NCBI RefSeq assembly: GCF_006345805.1 | Contig: NC_043002.1 | Coordinates: 36,890,001-36,954,000, forward strand | Reading direction: 5' to 3' | DNA length: 64,000 nt | Origin: Octopus sinensis | Taxonomy: Eukaryota | Part shown: piece after piece, positions 37,206 to 52,640 of the stretch | How positions within the stretch are numbered: the stretch's first letter is position 1 | How the letters are laid out: every line of letters begins with the position of its first letter | Made by a program: the position numbers and the translations under genes | Notes under the pieces: model-generated | Database searches by the model: none | What the model was told of the DNA's origin: nothing | Seen by the model: the letters and a program-made list of their open reading frames with translations, nothing else

Positions 37206-39284
37206 ACATATATACATACATGCATATATGTGTGCTCATGTTTATGTTTACATATATATATATATTTACACTACTTAACAACAAGTCTTGTTTGTTATGT
37301 CCTTGTTTATGCCTCATAAATTACCAGTTTGACAAATTAATATCGATAAAGTAATTACCAGACTCAAAACAATAAGTGCTGAGGTTAATATGATCAACTA
37401 AACTTTCCAAGGTTGTGACCTAGTGTAGTCACAGTCCTTTGTTTTAAACCAATAAAATATTGAAAGGATAAAGACATGACTTTATATAAACATTCATCCG
37501 TAACTCATACTATCGGTACCTCTATTATGAATATCCGGTGCTCACCATTGCACTATTATGTACATAAGTTACTATGTTATTTACAATCTGTTTTATATTC
37601 TTTTAAGTAACTTTTCATTACTATTGCTTTGTGCTTTGGCAGGGAAAATTGAATTAACTTTGCTGAGTTATAAGAACAGTTAAACTAATTAATTTGATCT
37701 TCATTTTAAACAATGGAAAACTTATGGTACATACTTCACATATATATATTTATTCATAAGACAAATTGTACTGAAATGCATGCTGTACTCCACTAGTACT
37801 TTTGTAATCTAATCAGTAATAAAGTCTGGCTGTAATTGGAGTAAAATGTTTAATAAACTAATCTTTATGATTGTATATATTACATTTGGAAATCAAAGTA
37901 AATTAGTTGGGAAGGAAACAGAGATATAAATATGAACTTTTTGAACCAGAAGTAATATGATGTTAGAATTTAAAGAATTTCATGTGTTGGCTTTTGAGAC
38001 TGAAATTTCATGAAAATATTTCTTCAACAAAAGATAACAAGTGTTGAAATTTTATAGGATCCTGGAAGCTAATAAAATAGCTTTAGATATAAAATAACTT
38101 AATTTTTAGTCATCAAAATAGAATATTGAAATTAAAAAATAAAGTAAAAATCACTACTTCTCTGTAGCTTAAATAGTTGATGTCATCAAATTTAAAAGAG
38201 ATAAATAAATACAAAAAACAGCAACTTTATTATTGATGTAATTTTTCTCTAAAAATAGGGACATTTGCAAAGAATATAATGATCAAAAGTAATAATTATT
38301 TTAAGATCTAACCATTATATTGAATATTAATTTGATGAGTTATTTATATATTTATTTATTCATTCATTTATTTATTAGCAAGAAATATCACAAAATTTTG
38401 AATCAACTCAATTTTAGTATACTTGGTTTGAAAATTGAGTTATTCGGATAAAAATGATTGAAAGAGAGATCACTTTTTATTTTAGACATTTGTTTCTTAT
38501 TAAGATGCTTAGAGTTTATATATGGAAATGATACGAATTCTTCAGCTTATCATTGCTTTAATAAAGAAATTCATTGCTTTGTTGAAGGGCATAATACAAG
38601 GCAATACACATTTTCACTGCCAAAATTTTATTGACTCCACCTTAATCCTGCTATAAAAATCTAGTATCTGTATATTTTCTAATTAAGTTAAATGTTACAC
38701 AATAATTTTTCTAAATTATGGACTTAAAACCTTAATCATAACATTTATGAGTTAGCCAAAGAAAAGTTTTCAGCACTGGCATGGACTTACTAAATAGTTT
38801 TAAATGGAAGAATATTGCTTGTGATGCTGTTTAGGTATTATGGTTCTAGTTCTTAGGAATTTTGTCAGTTAAGCTAAAGGGTAATTTCTTCTCTCTTCAC
38901 CCTCAACTCTTTCTTTTACCTTCAAGTGTCAGCGACTCTTCAAAAGAGTGGTTTATTCATTACCAGACAGACAAATCAAATATCATATGATGGAGTTGGC
39001 CAGATGGGGAGATAAATTATTCCAAACAGTTTTTTTTATTTTTGCCCTCTAAGCAAAAATAGGTAAATGAAAAAAATATATAAACAAACAAACAGAAACA
39101 AAACTAAAGTGTTTAAAGATTACTTTATGGTTTGATATGTTGAAAGAAAATCCATTGGTAATTTGTGAAAGGAAAATAAGATAAATAAGGTGTCTAGCCA
39201 TTAGCAGAAATAGTTTCTTTAGACTGACAAAAAAGTGATACAGATGCCAAGCAAGCACAACAGCTGTCATGGAGATTATTCAGG

Positions 39285-39330
<46 letters not shown>

Positions 39331-42300
39331 AGAGAAAAGAGAAAGAGAGAGAGCGCATGTGTATGTATATATACATATATGTATGTATGTATGTATGTAT
39401 ATGAACATATAAAGCAAAAAGAGCTTTCAAGTGGATTTAATACACAAGAGATGTTTGAATCTGATTTCACCCATAATCTAACTGGCAGGAATCTTAAGGA
39501 AATTGGTATCACTTAATTACCTCTTTTAAGGAGATTTCACCTCCTATAACCAAGATTAATCAGATGAAAAATGAAAAGTATGTTATACCTTAGCTTAAAG
39601 ATGTCTCAAGTTCTGCTTTTAGTGCTGAGATAATGAAGAAAATTTATACTTAGAAGTAGATTCTGCTTTCTTCAGACCAAAATGCTTAAGATAGCATGAG
39701 TTTAAATTGGCATGAAATAGCATGAAAAGAAAGTTCGTTTGACAGGAGAAGAGGGATTTAAATTAAAAATTCTTAAAATGCTAACATAAAAGAAAGAAGA
39801 AACTAGGTTGCATATTAATCACTTAGATTGTTTAGTTTTAAAAGATTTATAGGTACATTTGTAGGTGTTAGAATGAGGATAAGTGTTTTCTAACTGATAG
39901 AAATTCATAATCATAAGTATTTTATAAAACGGAGGAGCCAGTTAAATATTTGCCTGAAATATAAGTGTGGTTTATGGTTAAAGAATAATTTCAGACAATA
40001 CCATCAATAAATTTCCTCTAAAAAAATTAAAAAATAAAATTTCCTATCAGAGGTATTTGGAGGTTTTATGGTAGATTTTTATAGTGAAAATAATTCACAA
40101 AGAAAATTTGGAGTGATCTTTTATTTTTTAATCATCAATTATAATTATTTTAATTTCCAGTTTTCAGTGCCAACATGTCTCCATGAGTTTTAATTTTGCG
40201 TCTTTTTATCTGTAAAGTCAAAACTAATTATGCCTTCTCATAAATAATTGTAAATCCTCAAGGTTGTGCTCTTTCTCTTTTCTTTCCAAAAGGTGGTGTC
40301 TATGTTTACTCTTCATCTTTCTCGTTTGCGGTAACAAAAGCTGTCATTCAATCTGGTTCAAAATCTTAATATCAGTTTGTTGTCCCAAAGAACTCTACCC
40401 TAACTGTAAATATTCAGCTTTCTCTAGTCCTTCACTAAAGAAAGATATCTCAGCTTACTTCCCACTGAAGTTATCTCCTGTGACTCTCATGGTAGTCAGT
40501 CTGCTCCTTCCTAAAGTAAAACCATTGATACAGAGATCTAATTGTTTTGTATCATAAACTGTCTGCAGTAGTAAAAATCATTTTCCATTGGTATACCTGA
40601 TGGATAGACACCTTTGATTTTTTGAGAAGTAGATATTTATTAAATTTTCTTGATTTACCCTCTCTTCAATCAAGATGGTCAGTTTCCTGGTTTCATGGTG
40701 CATATATTCTCCACCTGGACAGGATGCTGGTCCATTGCAGGATTACTCATTTTTGCCAGCTGAGTGGACTGGAGCAATGTGAAATGAAGTGTTTTGCTCA
40801 AGAACACAATATGTTACCTGGTCCAGGAATCGAAACCACAATCTTACGATCATAAGTCCAATACCCTAATCATTAAGCCATGTACCTCTCTGGTCAAGAT
40901 GGCTTCACAAGTAGCAATCTTGTTGATAAAGCAACCAAATTTCGTGTAAGTTTTGCTTCTGTGTACACATTCTAATATACACAACAAAATCCTAATCCTA
41001 TAATCAAACTTTTCATTCTACCTAACTCGTTGTTATATATTCTCAGTCCTAAAGGGATAATAAAGAAGAAAGAAAGATAACCAACTGCATTTACCATGAA
41101 AGGTGGCCAAAGAAAACAGAGAAGACTGTGCTGTTATAAGTATGTGATATTTATGGGAAAGAACAGTTGCATAAAGAAATCAAGCATTCCAGTCAAAAGG
41201 AACCCATGTGTAGCTCCATTGCATGACTTTTAGAGGCCTCCTGCAACATTTTGTTTTGTGGCCCTATCCCTTCAATCAAAATTTATAATCTATGCACCTT
41301 TTATTCATAGCTATATTTTACTTTATTCTATCTGAAGTTCAATATTTCATGTTTTCCTAAAGAACATCTTTAAAAGCACGAGTTAAATTTATTTATGTCT
41401 ATTACAAATTTCAATAAGTAAAACTTCCAGATATGAATAAAAGAGCACTTTTATAAGCCAGGCAACTTTCAACGACAAACACGACACACTTTTCACTTTG
41501 TGAAATCATTGATTAGTTCAAAATAATGAAGCTGACGATTTAGGATTGGTTAGCATGTAAGGAAACAGATCATAGAAGTTCATGTCCAATAGATATCATA
41601 GACAATCCACAAAGTCTGGTACATGTTTGTGGTACAATGTAATATTTTCACATGAACTTTTGCAGGTTTACTATTTCATTTCTTGAAATTTTCAGTTATC
41701 ATAGGTTAATTCTTGTTCAACATATTAACCAAAGTAAATACTTTGATCTTAACATGGAGCCCCTCAACTGCAGAGGCCCCCTGCAACCCCTGCTTAGCAA
41801 CAGCCCTACTCATGTGAGTGGTGGAATTATGAAGACATAGGATGAACTGGTGAAGCCTATTGATCTCATAAGGTTGAACTCACAAAGAGGATGGCAGAAA
41901 GCCACAAGTGATAAGACAAAATACTGCAGCTTGTGCTAGAAAAGACCCATCTACATAATACAAGCATGATGGGTAGAATGATGATTATGATTACACAATT
42001 GATTCATATGAATGCATATATGCTCCCTCATACACTCACATACCCAGAGAACTAGGTGGTCATGAAACACATTGATATACCCTTTGGCTGATCACTGTTA
42101 TTTGCACAGTAAACACATACCCACATACTTAGGCTCTTACACATATACAGAAAGCTCAAGAAACACATGCAGAAATACAGCTAGACTTCTAGATATGCAT
42201 ATTAACTTCGCTCTACCCCACACAAACACATTTACAACTACACACATGCCTACATATAAAGAAAAAGGTAAAGACTCCCTTTTGGTCATGAATGACCATG

Positions 42301-42849
42301 GGATTGCACTTGAAAAGTTCCCTTCCAAGGTACAAGCCCAGGCAATAAAGTTGTTTATGGAAGACCATACCAGCCACACCACTAATGTTTTCCAAGGGAA
42401 ATGCAGAGATTGATACAGCTTGGCACCAGTAACATCACAGCTCATTTCTACAACTGAGTGAACTGGAAACATTATGAAATAAAGTATCTTGCTCAAGAAC
42501 ACAAAACACAGCCTGGTCTGCAAATTGAACTCATCATCTCATGAATGTGAGCCTGACGTTCTCACTACTGAGCCATGCACCTTCACATAGACGTATATAC
42601 AAACATACACATGCATATATGTACAAGAACAGTTACTCCAAATATGAACTGATCCTGCTCTTGTATATACATGCATGTGTTTGTATATGTATGTGTGTAC
42701 TTGTGAATGTATCTATGTGGAAAGTGATAGTGGGGTTAATATGCATCTCTAGAAGTCTAGCAGTATTTCTACATGTAATTATAGAGCAGATAGCTCTCTG
42801 ACAACATGGCAAAAAAAAGGATGTAAGGATATTGATGATGATATAGTTA

Positions 42850-43076
42850 TTTCTTAATTACCCATGGGGGTTAAACATAAAGGGGACAAACAAGGACAGA
42901 CAGAGGGATTAAGTCGATTACCTCAACCCCAGTGCATAACTGGTGCTTATTTAATCAACCCTGAAAGAATGAAAAACAAAGTTGACCTCGGCAGAATTTG
43001 AACTCATAATGTGACAGCAGACAAAATACTGCTAAGCATTTCACCTGGTGTGCTAATGATTCTGCCAGCTCACCAC
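42850..43076 (-). mobile_element. SINE family C (other copies at about 4255-4420, 31965-32170, 35990-36150, 46655-46850, 54575-54740, 58015-58228, 59355-59530)
   Basis: Reverse complement of 43781-44009. Confidence 0.82.
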
Positions 43077-43780
43077 CCTATGATGATGATATATTAGACT
43101 AAAATTTACATACTTACAATATATTGAATATACATTTAGTACACTCAATAAATTAACTATAATATATATATAATCTAGAGGTGTATCTCTTGCAACAACA
43201 AAAATTCTTCCTAATAATCAAAAAATTATAAGCATCAAGTTCAAAAACCAATAAACCACTAAATTTTTAGCAACAAACTATTAATTAAAAAAATTTTTTC
43301 TAATGTCAAAATAAATTAGTATTCAGCCAATCAAAAAACTTAGTTGAATGTCTTTCAGCTAACCGAGTTTATAGTTGGAGCTTGTCCAACCAGTGAAGTA
43401 TATAACTTGATCATGTTCAACCAATCAGATATTGTAAATGAAATAGAAGTTGTTACTGTGTACATGAAATGTGTAATTTTGGATAGAGTCAGATATTGTT
43501 TAGCAAGTCAGACACCTAGTTTAATTATCTTACCATTATTCATTCTTTTATATTTTTCATATTTACTCCTTCTACATAAGACCTATCAAGCACATCGAGG
43601 CGGCCTTTACATGATTGTTAGAAATAACAACCAAAATCTTCCTTAAATTATATCTCATTATTATAAAAAGTATAAAACATAAAGGTGTCCTAGGTACATT
43701 ATGACTGAAAACTTTTGGTGAGTATTTTATACATGATACCCATGTTGGCTAAATACAGATAAATTCACTACACCTACATA

Positions 43781-44009
43781 TGGCGAGCTGGCAGAACCAT
43801 TAGCATGCCGGGCGAAATGCGTAGCCGTATTTTGTCTGCTGTTACGTTCTGAGTTCAAATTCTGCCGAGGTCGACTTTACCTTTCATCCTTTCGGGGGTC
43901 GATAAATTAAGTACCAGTTATGCACTGGGGTCGATGTAATCGGCTTAATCCATTTGTCTGTCCTTTCTTGTCCCCTCTATGTTTAGCCCCTTGTGGGTAG
44001 TAAAGAAAC
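43781..44009 (+). mobile_element. SINE family C, near full length
   Basis: ggcgagctggcagaa..gttctgagttcaaat (B-box-like)..gtcgactttacctttcatcctttcgggg..gtgggtagtaaagaaa. Confidence 0.85.
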
Positions 44010-44274
44010 ATACACTTACATGTGTTCTATTCAGAATGTAAAGAGAAGAAATGAATTTTGTCCCACACTCTAATAATTCTACCAATTCATGATCTTGGAC
44101 TAGCACTTTGCTTTAGCAATCTCGGAAATGTGAAAGTCAAATTTAACCTTGGTACGATTTGAACATAAAACAAACAGAGTCGAGCCAAATTACTGTTTTT
44201 CCATTCACCCTCAAGAAGACCCAACCACCACAACAGAAATGAGTTCCTAAAACCAAGGTTTCAAATAGAAAGCA

Positions 44275-44515
44275 TTAGTGTGGGTGCTGGTGCCACATAA
44301 AAAGCACTGGTGCTGGTACTGCATAAAAAGCATCTACTACACTCTGTAAAGTGGTTAGTGTTAGGAAAGGCATTCAGCTATAGAAACCAAGCCAAAACTG
44401 ACAATGAAATCCTGGTGTGGCCCCTGGGCTTGCCAGTTCCTGTCATGGCATCCAACTCATGCCAGCATGAAAAATGGATGTTAAATAATTAGATGATGAT
44501 GATGATGATGATGTT
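44275..44515 (+). mobile_element. Family B repeat
   Basis: Same motif and (GAT)n tail. Confidence 0.75.
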
Positions 44516-45112
44516 GCTTTCCTCGGATCTTCACTGACTGTAGAGATCGATGGTAAAAATCTTTCCAGCTGAAAAGATCCACCCCGCAACAATTTTGTTC
44601 TTTGGTTTCTAAAAGACATTGTCCATTGTGTCCTAATTTTAGCAGGTTAATAAGTATGATATGGTTACAATTTCTAGGAGGTCAAGAGGTCACATAAAGA
44701 ACCCCACACTGGCTCCAATAAAAGATGTTATGAATGAAAGGTGTTGGCATCACTATAAAAATGCATGTGTAAAAATGAGATAACGAGAAGGAATTGATAA
44801 AGAGGAGGAAGAAAGTTAAGAAGACAAAAAAAGGAAGAACACGAGAGCTGATGAAGAAAGATATCCAACAAAGGATATGATAATGCCACATTTAGCAAGA
44901 CACTACCAATTTGGTATTGAATATGTAAATGGCTGTGTGGTCAAGATATTAACTTTACAACCTTGTAGTTCTGGATTTGATCCAACTATGCAGCACTTTG
45001 AGCAAGTGTCTTTTTACCATAGCTTCAGATTTCCCAATGCCTTGTGAGTGAAACTGTGGAGATCCACTACATTTGCATGTGTGTATGACGTGTGTTCATG
45101 TCTGTATGTGAG

Positions 45113-45146
<34 letters not shown>

Positions 45147-45196
45147 CCTCTCTGTCTGTCACTCTCTTTCTCTCTCATTCACTCTGTGTGTGTGTA

Positions 45197-45279
<83 letters not shown>

Positions 45280-47678
45280 TGCATACACATATATATACAT
45301 ACATACACACATAGTCACAGACATACAGGCACACACACACATACACACACATACAGAGTTGAGCAATAGATTCCTGGTTATGGCATATAACTAATCAGAA
45401 TATCGACGATGGTTTCATGCTGACTATTGCACTTGGCAGTTGGCAATATCGTTGGTTCTTCAAACATGTTCACCATAAATGCATATATATCTATCACCCT
45501 CTCTCTCTCTATGTATATTTATAAAAAAGAAAACCTTGATATGTAGAGAATGAAATTCCTTGTAGAAATGACATATGAAAACAACTAGTAGTTGCTAAAG
45601 AAGGATGGATGATGCTTGCGTATTGTAAAAGGTGATAATTTCTTAGCATTTCCATCACATTGAATGTTTGAGATAACTAAAATTAGTTGCCAATTGGATA
45701 GGTCAGAAAGATTACCTTTAGTGGATGTAGGACGTGCAGGAACATGAAACAATATTTTCAAGCAAATGAACTTAGGAGGAGGCAGAAAGATAAATGTTAT
45801 ATAGTTTAATGCAAATGAGAGTAAACTCAGGTTTGAGGGTGTAATTTAGTTCCTCATTAAATTTTATCGTTCTAACATTTAGATCCCAAACTAATTACTC
45901 GAATTTGAAGGACATTAATAAGGAATATAGTAAAGGGCTGTGCCAATATTGTCTAAATTACATAACCCATGCTCTCTGGTGGTTTTCAAGAATCCAACAT
46001 TACATCTTAAATTTTCTAACATATCAATGAGGCCAGACATCCTCCTGTTCTCTTTGCATGTCGGAAAAGGAGTGTTTTACCCTGAATATTTGGATTATTA
46101 ATTGTTTTTAATTGGCAGAATTTGAACTCATAATCTATCTAATATTGACAATAACAGCTTAGACTTAGTATCTTATCCCATTTGCATCATGTGTATGTCT
46201 GAAAATCCTCATTATTTTAGAAACAATGGCTCAGCACCCAAGCCAGTTCTAACAAACCAGGCTTATAGTTAAAAGTATTCTGACCATGACCTCTAGGCCT
46301 CTTTCTTTTCAGACAGCAGTCAACATTATCCAATGAATCTTTTTAAGGTAATTTAAGGGAGATTTGCAAGCTTCTAGGAGCCCAAATGACCCTCTTGAAG
46401 ATCTCTTATTAATTCCCTTTTAAGTTATATTAGCCATACTTTCCTGGATGTTTGGTTAACCCTTTTGATACCAAACTGTCTGCCACCACCTGAAGTTTTA
46501 ATGATACCAAAAATCATCATAAACTCAACCTTACAATTGCAAGTCAAACTATTCAGGCATTGAGATCCCTTTATTTCCTTAGAGAAACAAACTGCAGCTA
46601 CATCAAGTTAAAAAAAAAAAAAAACCTTGTCATTTTCATAGTCATAAAGAGTACCAGCTGACAGAATCGTTAGTGTGCCGGGCAAAATGCTTAGTGGTTT
46701 TTCGCCTGTTGCAATGTTGTGAGTTCAAATTCTGTCAAGGTCGGCTTTGCCTTTCATCCTTTCAGGGGTCAATAAATTTACCAGTAAAACACTGGAGTCA
46801 ATGTAACTGATTACTCCCTCTCCCAAATTTCAGGCTTTGTGCCTATAATAGAATGGATTATTGTTGCTGCTTAGCTCCAAATCACTCCTAATCAAATAGA
46901 TAAACGATCATCAAGATAGTTTCTCAATTTGATGTTCTAGCTATGACTAACCCATACATTTCTGTTTCATTGACTACATTATCCAATGTGCCTTTCCAAA
47001 TCTAAATTCCTGAGTGTGATTAGAGGAACATTTGGTTGCTATTTTTAGCAGTTTGAACAACCAAGTGGTGACTCACTAAAACATTACTACAGCTTCATTT
47101 AAAACATTCAGTAATATAGTAGCTCATTAAAGCTTACTGAAGTATTATACAAACTATGAAACTACAATATCCTGGTGAATGCTAGCAACCGGCATGTAGA
47201 AGAAAGCATTCAGTGCTCAAGCTGAACTTTACATAGCTTATCATATGTCCGTCATGCTTCCCGGTCAGACTTATATCAATATTGCTTCCTATTCCACCTG
47301 AGTAATAGGTTTCTTATTGATTTAATGATGCAGTTACAAGATAGAATTTCAAATATGATCATATGTGTGCATGCAGTTACACACACACACACATGCACAC
47401 ACATACATATACATGCTGTCACACATTCCTTTTTTTTTCTCTCACACTCTAATTTTCTCCCTCACTCTTTTACTTATATACACATACACACATTCTAATA
47501 CAAACATACTCCCTCTCACATGCTATACTCTCTGTCTGTTTTGCACATATTTTCTCTCTCTTCAATTAGTATATAGATACAAAAACACACACACACATAC
47601 ACACGTACACGCAACCATTTATGCACACATTCCCATTAGCATCTACATGCATCCCCATTGGCATATAAATCCACTATG

Positions 47679-47709
<31 letters not shown>

Positions 47710-48808
47710 ATCTAAAGGAAGCAGAGAATGTGAGAATCCATATAGTGGTAGGTGAAGTGAACAAACTTCACAAGGTCACCTCGAGAAGGATAACTTTAGT
47801 TAATACTTTATATAAATATTCATCATATCTTTAGCTCACACTTAAAGCTAAAATATCTTCTAAGCATTTTAATATTTTAAAAGGTTTTTTATATATATAT
47901 ACATCAACTATCTTTCTTTCCTTTACTCTTTCTCTTTCTTTCCTTTACTCTATCTCTTTCTTTCCTTCTTTAGCCACTTCTTCTGTCATAGATCATAACA
48001 TCTGAGTGTTTATAATTAAAGGAACATATTTAGTTGCCTCAGCTTTATGGAAAAGATTCAAAATGGCAAATGAATACCACAGAAAGGGATCATAGCTGAA
48101 CACATTTGATCTCAGGTCATTGACTGGTGAATCAAATCTCTGAAAATGTTTTATTTAAATTTTTTTATTTTATTATTATACTCTGTTTCTACTAACTTGA
48201 ACCTAATGAAGCACAATATAGCTTAACTGATGTTCAGAAACTGATTTTGCTTCATAAGATATAGTGACTGCATAAAATAGATCTTTATATAAACTGATGA
48301 GTCTTGTCCATGTTTTTTCTTTGTTTTTGTTGGTTTCCTTTCTCCTGTCACACTGGAAAGGGAAAGCAATGACTGAGCTGAGATAGGTGGAAGAAAGAGA
48401 ATGTATTGTGAAGAAAAGTAGATTTGTTAGATAAACAGATAGGTGGGAAAGATCATGAGGAAATGGGGTCTGGCTAGGGAGAGAGAGAGAGAGAGACAGA
48501 CAGACAGAGAGAAAGAGGGTCATCAGACAGTAGTAGTTAGTGTGACAGGAAGTCATATAAGACTAATTTATAGATGAGGACGGGGAAAAATGAGTATGAG
48601 AGTGTAGGGGAAGATATAGTAAGCAAGAGAGGAGAAGTAGAAAAAAGAAGGGCACAGTTCTACAAATGAGAGGGGAACATAGAGGTGATGAGATAAAATA
48701 GGAGGTGCATAAATATTGAGTGAATGGTAGAAAGAGATTTCCACATGGTATCAAAGTGGAGAAAGTTAGGGCATTAAAATAAGAGATGGCGGCACATTTT
48801 GATTACAT

Positions 48809-48818
48809 TTATCTATCA

Positions 48819-48888
<70 letters not shown>

Positions 48889-48896
48889 TTATATAC

Positions 48897-48976
<80 letters not shown>

Positions 48977-48992
48977 GTATTTATCTATCTAT
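48809..48992. repeat. (TCTA)n microsatellite
   Basis: About 45 units with few interruptions. Confidence 0.95.
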
Positions 48993-50028
48993 ATACGGAT
49001 ATTGAAAAAGGAAAGAAATAATGAAGTATGTGAAAGAAAGTCAGTGAGAATAGTGGAGAGAAGTGATTGGTGGTAAAAAGGGTAACTGAAAGAAGACAAA
49101 ACGAAACAGAAAGAAATGTTGTTAGGCCTGAAGCAAAATCATTAAGAATTACTGAAAGGAGGCTGAAATAAACCCTGTTATTTTTTATGGGTACTATGTT
49201 AGTATCATTAATAGCTTTAACTGAATAGCTTTAAAATTCTTAGTTTGTTAAAATAATAACCTGATACTGTTTTTAAAATAAAAAATAATACTATACAACT
49301 AACAGATAATAAAAATAAAATGGAGAAATTAAAACTCAATTTTATGACATATCAATAGAAGAATATAAATATTTGAAATATATCTGAAGAATTTTAAAAA
49401 TAAAATAAATTAAAATGAATGATAAATAGAAAGGAGAAGAATAAATAGAAAATCAGCAATGTTGACACATGACAGGAACAATAATTTGCTTCATAATAAT
49501 TTGATAATAATGACACATGTTAAAATCTCATATTCTAAATAAATTTTGTTTAAAAACCAAAGTTGACAGAAAATTACTGAAAACCATGCAACAACTATTT
49601 CTTTAAAAGGTATTTAGATCTTGACAGTTTGAAATACTCCTTAAATTTGCTCAACCATTTAAGAAAAGCTTGATTGTGACAAAATGAAAATTTTCACTGT
49701 TTATTCTAAGATGAGGAAGGGAAGGCAGAGAAAACTTTAAAATTTAATTTATTGTGACAAAATATATTCTGGCAATGCTAATAGAAACCATAACTGCTAA
49801 CATTTAACTACCATCATCATTATCACAAACAACATTAATTTGCATTATTTTCTGCAATCCTATTAAAGAGCATATTTCTTCATTGTATCCTTCTAACTTT
49901 AATGTATTTGCATTCAATATTTCATACCAAAATTGCCTTTATTTATTTTTGGATCTCATTGGCTCTCTCTTTCAGTTTGTTTTATTTAGTTCATTAGCTC
50001 AAATACAAAGAACACTCCCCACAAACTT

Positions 50029-50265
50029 TTAACCCTTTGAGCCCGTATTTCTATTGATATACATAGTTTGTGTGTTTCCAATTAATTTTGAAATTAACCA
50101 AGAATTTGGAGGCATTTAGTAAAATAATCCTGTCATTATTAACATGGTATTTGGAACATAACTTAATAAAAGGTTCTGTGATGGCATGTTTAAATTCAGA
50201 TATGAACACTTTAACATCAGAAATTCTCTAGCATCATTCTAATGTATGTTGGTATTGAAAGGGTC
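50029..50265. mobile_element. Possible decayed piggyBac-like MITE
   Basis: Starts ttaaccctttga and ends tgaaagggtc. Confidence 0.4.
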
Positions 50266-51526
50266 CTTTAATGTGAGAGATTTCAGTTAAATTGATTAGA
50301 GTAATGTGCTTAATGTTTAAATTGCAATACTGCAGAATATATATTGGAGGGAAAAACTAGGCAGAAATGGAATTCTGGGAGAAATGTAAGTCTGAGGAGT
50401 AAGGCTTCTGTAAAGTATTTTAGTGATGTCTACTATTCACGTGATCAGGTCAATGCAAACTAGTAACAGGACCAAGCCAGATAAGATATGATGGCCCCAT
50501 TTGAAGTGGTAATAAACCAGGGTTAGATGAGATATATAAGGCCCTATTTGAAGTAATATTTTGTAATGCATCCGTATCTTAAATCCAAAATTTCTTAAAT
50601 CTAAAATTTCAAGGAAGTGAAGTCAGGATTTACTTGTCAACTGAAGTCCCATGTAATTGTTTACCTTAAACAAGTTTATGTGTTCCTCATCATTTGATGC
50701 GGTTAGCCAGAACCTGGATTGTATCAGAGAACTAGTAAGGTTCTGCCAAGATTCCAAATCCCTATTCTTTTATGTTATATATATATATATATAGTTGTAC
50801 ATGTTATGTTCATGCATGTGGTTGTGTATATACATACATACATATATAGTCAATTGTAAATCTCCATATTTGTGTTTATACAAACAAACAAACATACTTG
50901 CATATGTACATATGCAAGTGCCTAAGCCTAATTTATCTCTGATATAGTATATGATGAATTTTTTTGATCAAATTGGTGACTCATTATGTTTGTTGTCTAT
51001 TTTCATCACACGCGCGCGCACACACACACACACGAGCACATTATGAGTACAAAAATTCTTGTACATGTACAGACACATGTACAGACATAGATGAATGAAT
51101 AACAGATTACTGCATTAAGGGTCAATCAATAACACATATCTTGAAATTGTACCTTGCCTATGCAGTATCGAACCTCTGCAAATGATTTATTTTTTTGTTA
51201 TTAGTCATACTATATTTAACATATATTTATATTTTATTTATTTATTTGTTCACTTAATTTTCTTATTTCTTTACTCTTGGCAATATTACTGACAGTTTGG
51301 AACTGAACATATATATATATTATAAATCTTAAATTTCTTGCCTCACTCGGTATTTGCTCTTCCGCCAAATATCAAAATATGCCTGTTACATTTTCATTCA
51401 GACATATCCACTCACATTGCATTTTTGAATGAAAAATAGCTCTAAAATGTATGTGTATATATCTTCATATGTACATACACATATATATGTATAGATTTTT
51501 AAATATACATATGAATATATTTATGA

Positions 51527-51564
<38 letters not shown>

Positions 51565-52178
51565 GTTTAAAAAACGTTTTTAAGTAAAAATCTTGTTTTT
51601 GATACAATATTTGAAGAAAAACTTTTTTAAATTAAAAATTATGAATTGCATAAAGACCATTAGAAAAGTATCTTGTCCTTTTCTTTTTTCAGCTATTTTT
51701 ATGTAATCTACCTACCTACCTACCTCCCTGCCTACCTACCTACCTGCCTGCCTGCCTGCCTATCTATCTATCTATCTCTAAATCCATATATGTAAAGCCT
51801 GCAATGGGCAAGATTAGTCATATGACTCAAAGACTAGCATAGTAGTTACCCATGCATGCAAACCTCTTTTCTCCATGCTACTGATGTCCACCAAGAAAAG
51901 TCATGCAAGTCTTATTATAGGCATTGTTGTCAGAACACAGAGAACAGGAAAAGATACTACAAAACGTTTAGTCCAAAACTGGTAGCAGTTTTGCTATTAT
52001 CAATTATCCTCAGTTCATACAATGGGGTGCTAAAATGTTCCCAGCTTTAAGGATATCACAAAAGACCTGGTTAGAAGCCCAACCTTCTGATTTATTTTAC
52101 AGGGCTTAGAAAAACTGAAGGACCACTGCAATAAGTGTGTGAATCTGAGAGGGAAATATGTTTAACAAAATCATAAAT

Positions 52179-52349
52179 AGGTGTAGGAGTGGCTGTGTGA
52201 TAAGAAGCTTGCTTACCAGCCACATGGTTCTGGGTTCAGTCCCCCTGCGTGACACCTTGGGCAAGTGTCTTCTACTATAGTCTCGGGCCGACCAAAGCCT
52301 TGTGAGTGGATTTGGCAGACCGAAACTGAAAGAAGCCTGTCGTATATAT

Positions 52350-52412
<63 letters not shown>

Positions 52413-52640
52413 TGTATGTGTGTGTTTATACGTTTGTGTGTCTGTGTTTGTCTGCCCAACATCGCTTGACAACCGATGGTGGTGTGTTATGTCCCTGTAA
52501 CTTAGCAGTTCAGCAAAAGAGACTGACAGAATAATTACTAGGCTTACAAAGAATAAGTCCTGGGGTCGATTTGCTCGACTAAAGGTGGTGCTCCAGCATG
52601 GCCACAGTCAAATGACTGAAACAAGTAAAAGAGTAAAAAG
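52179..52640 (+). mobile_element. SINE family A, full length
   Basis: Same head, internal microsatellite and (GTAAAAGA)n-like tail. Confidence 0.9.

Noticed and set aside
40264-40557. Unique segment with partial open frames on both strands
   Set aside because: No Cav3 similarity, stops within about 35 codons, and ambiguous splice sites.
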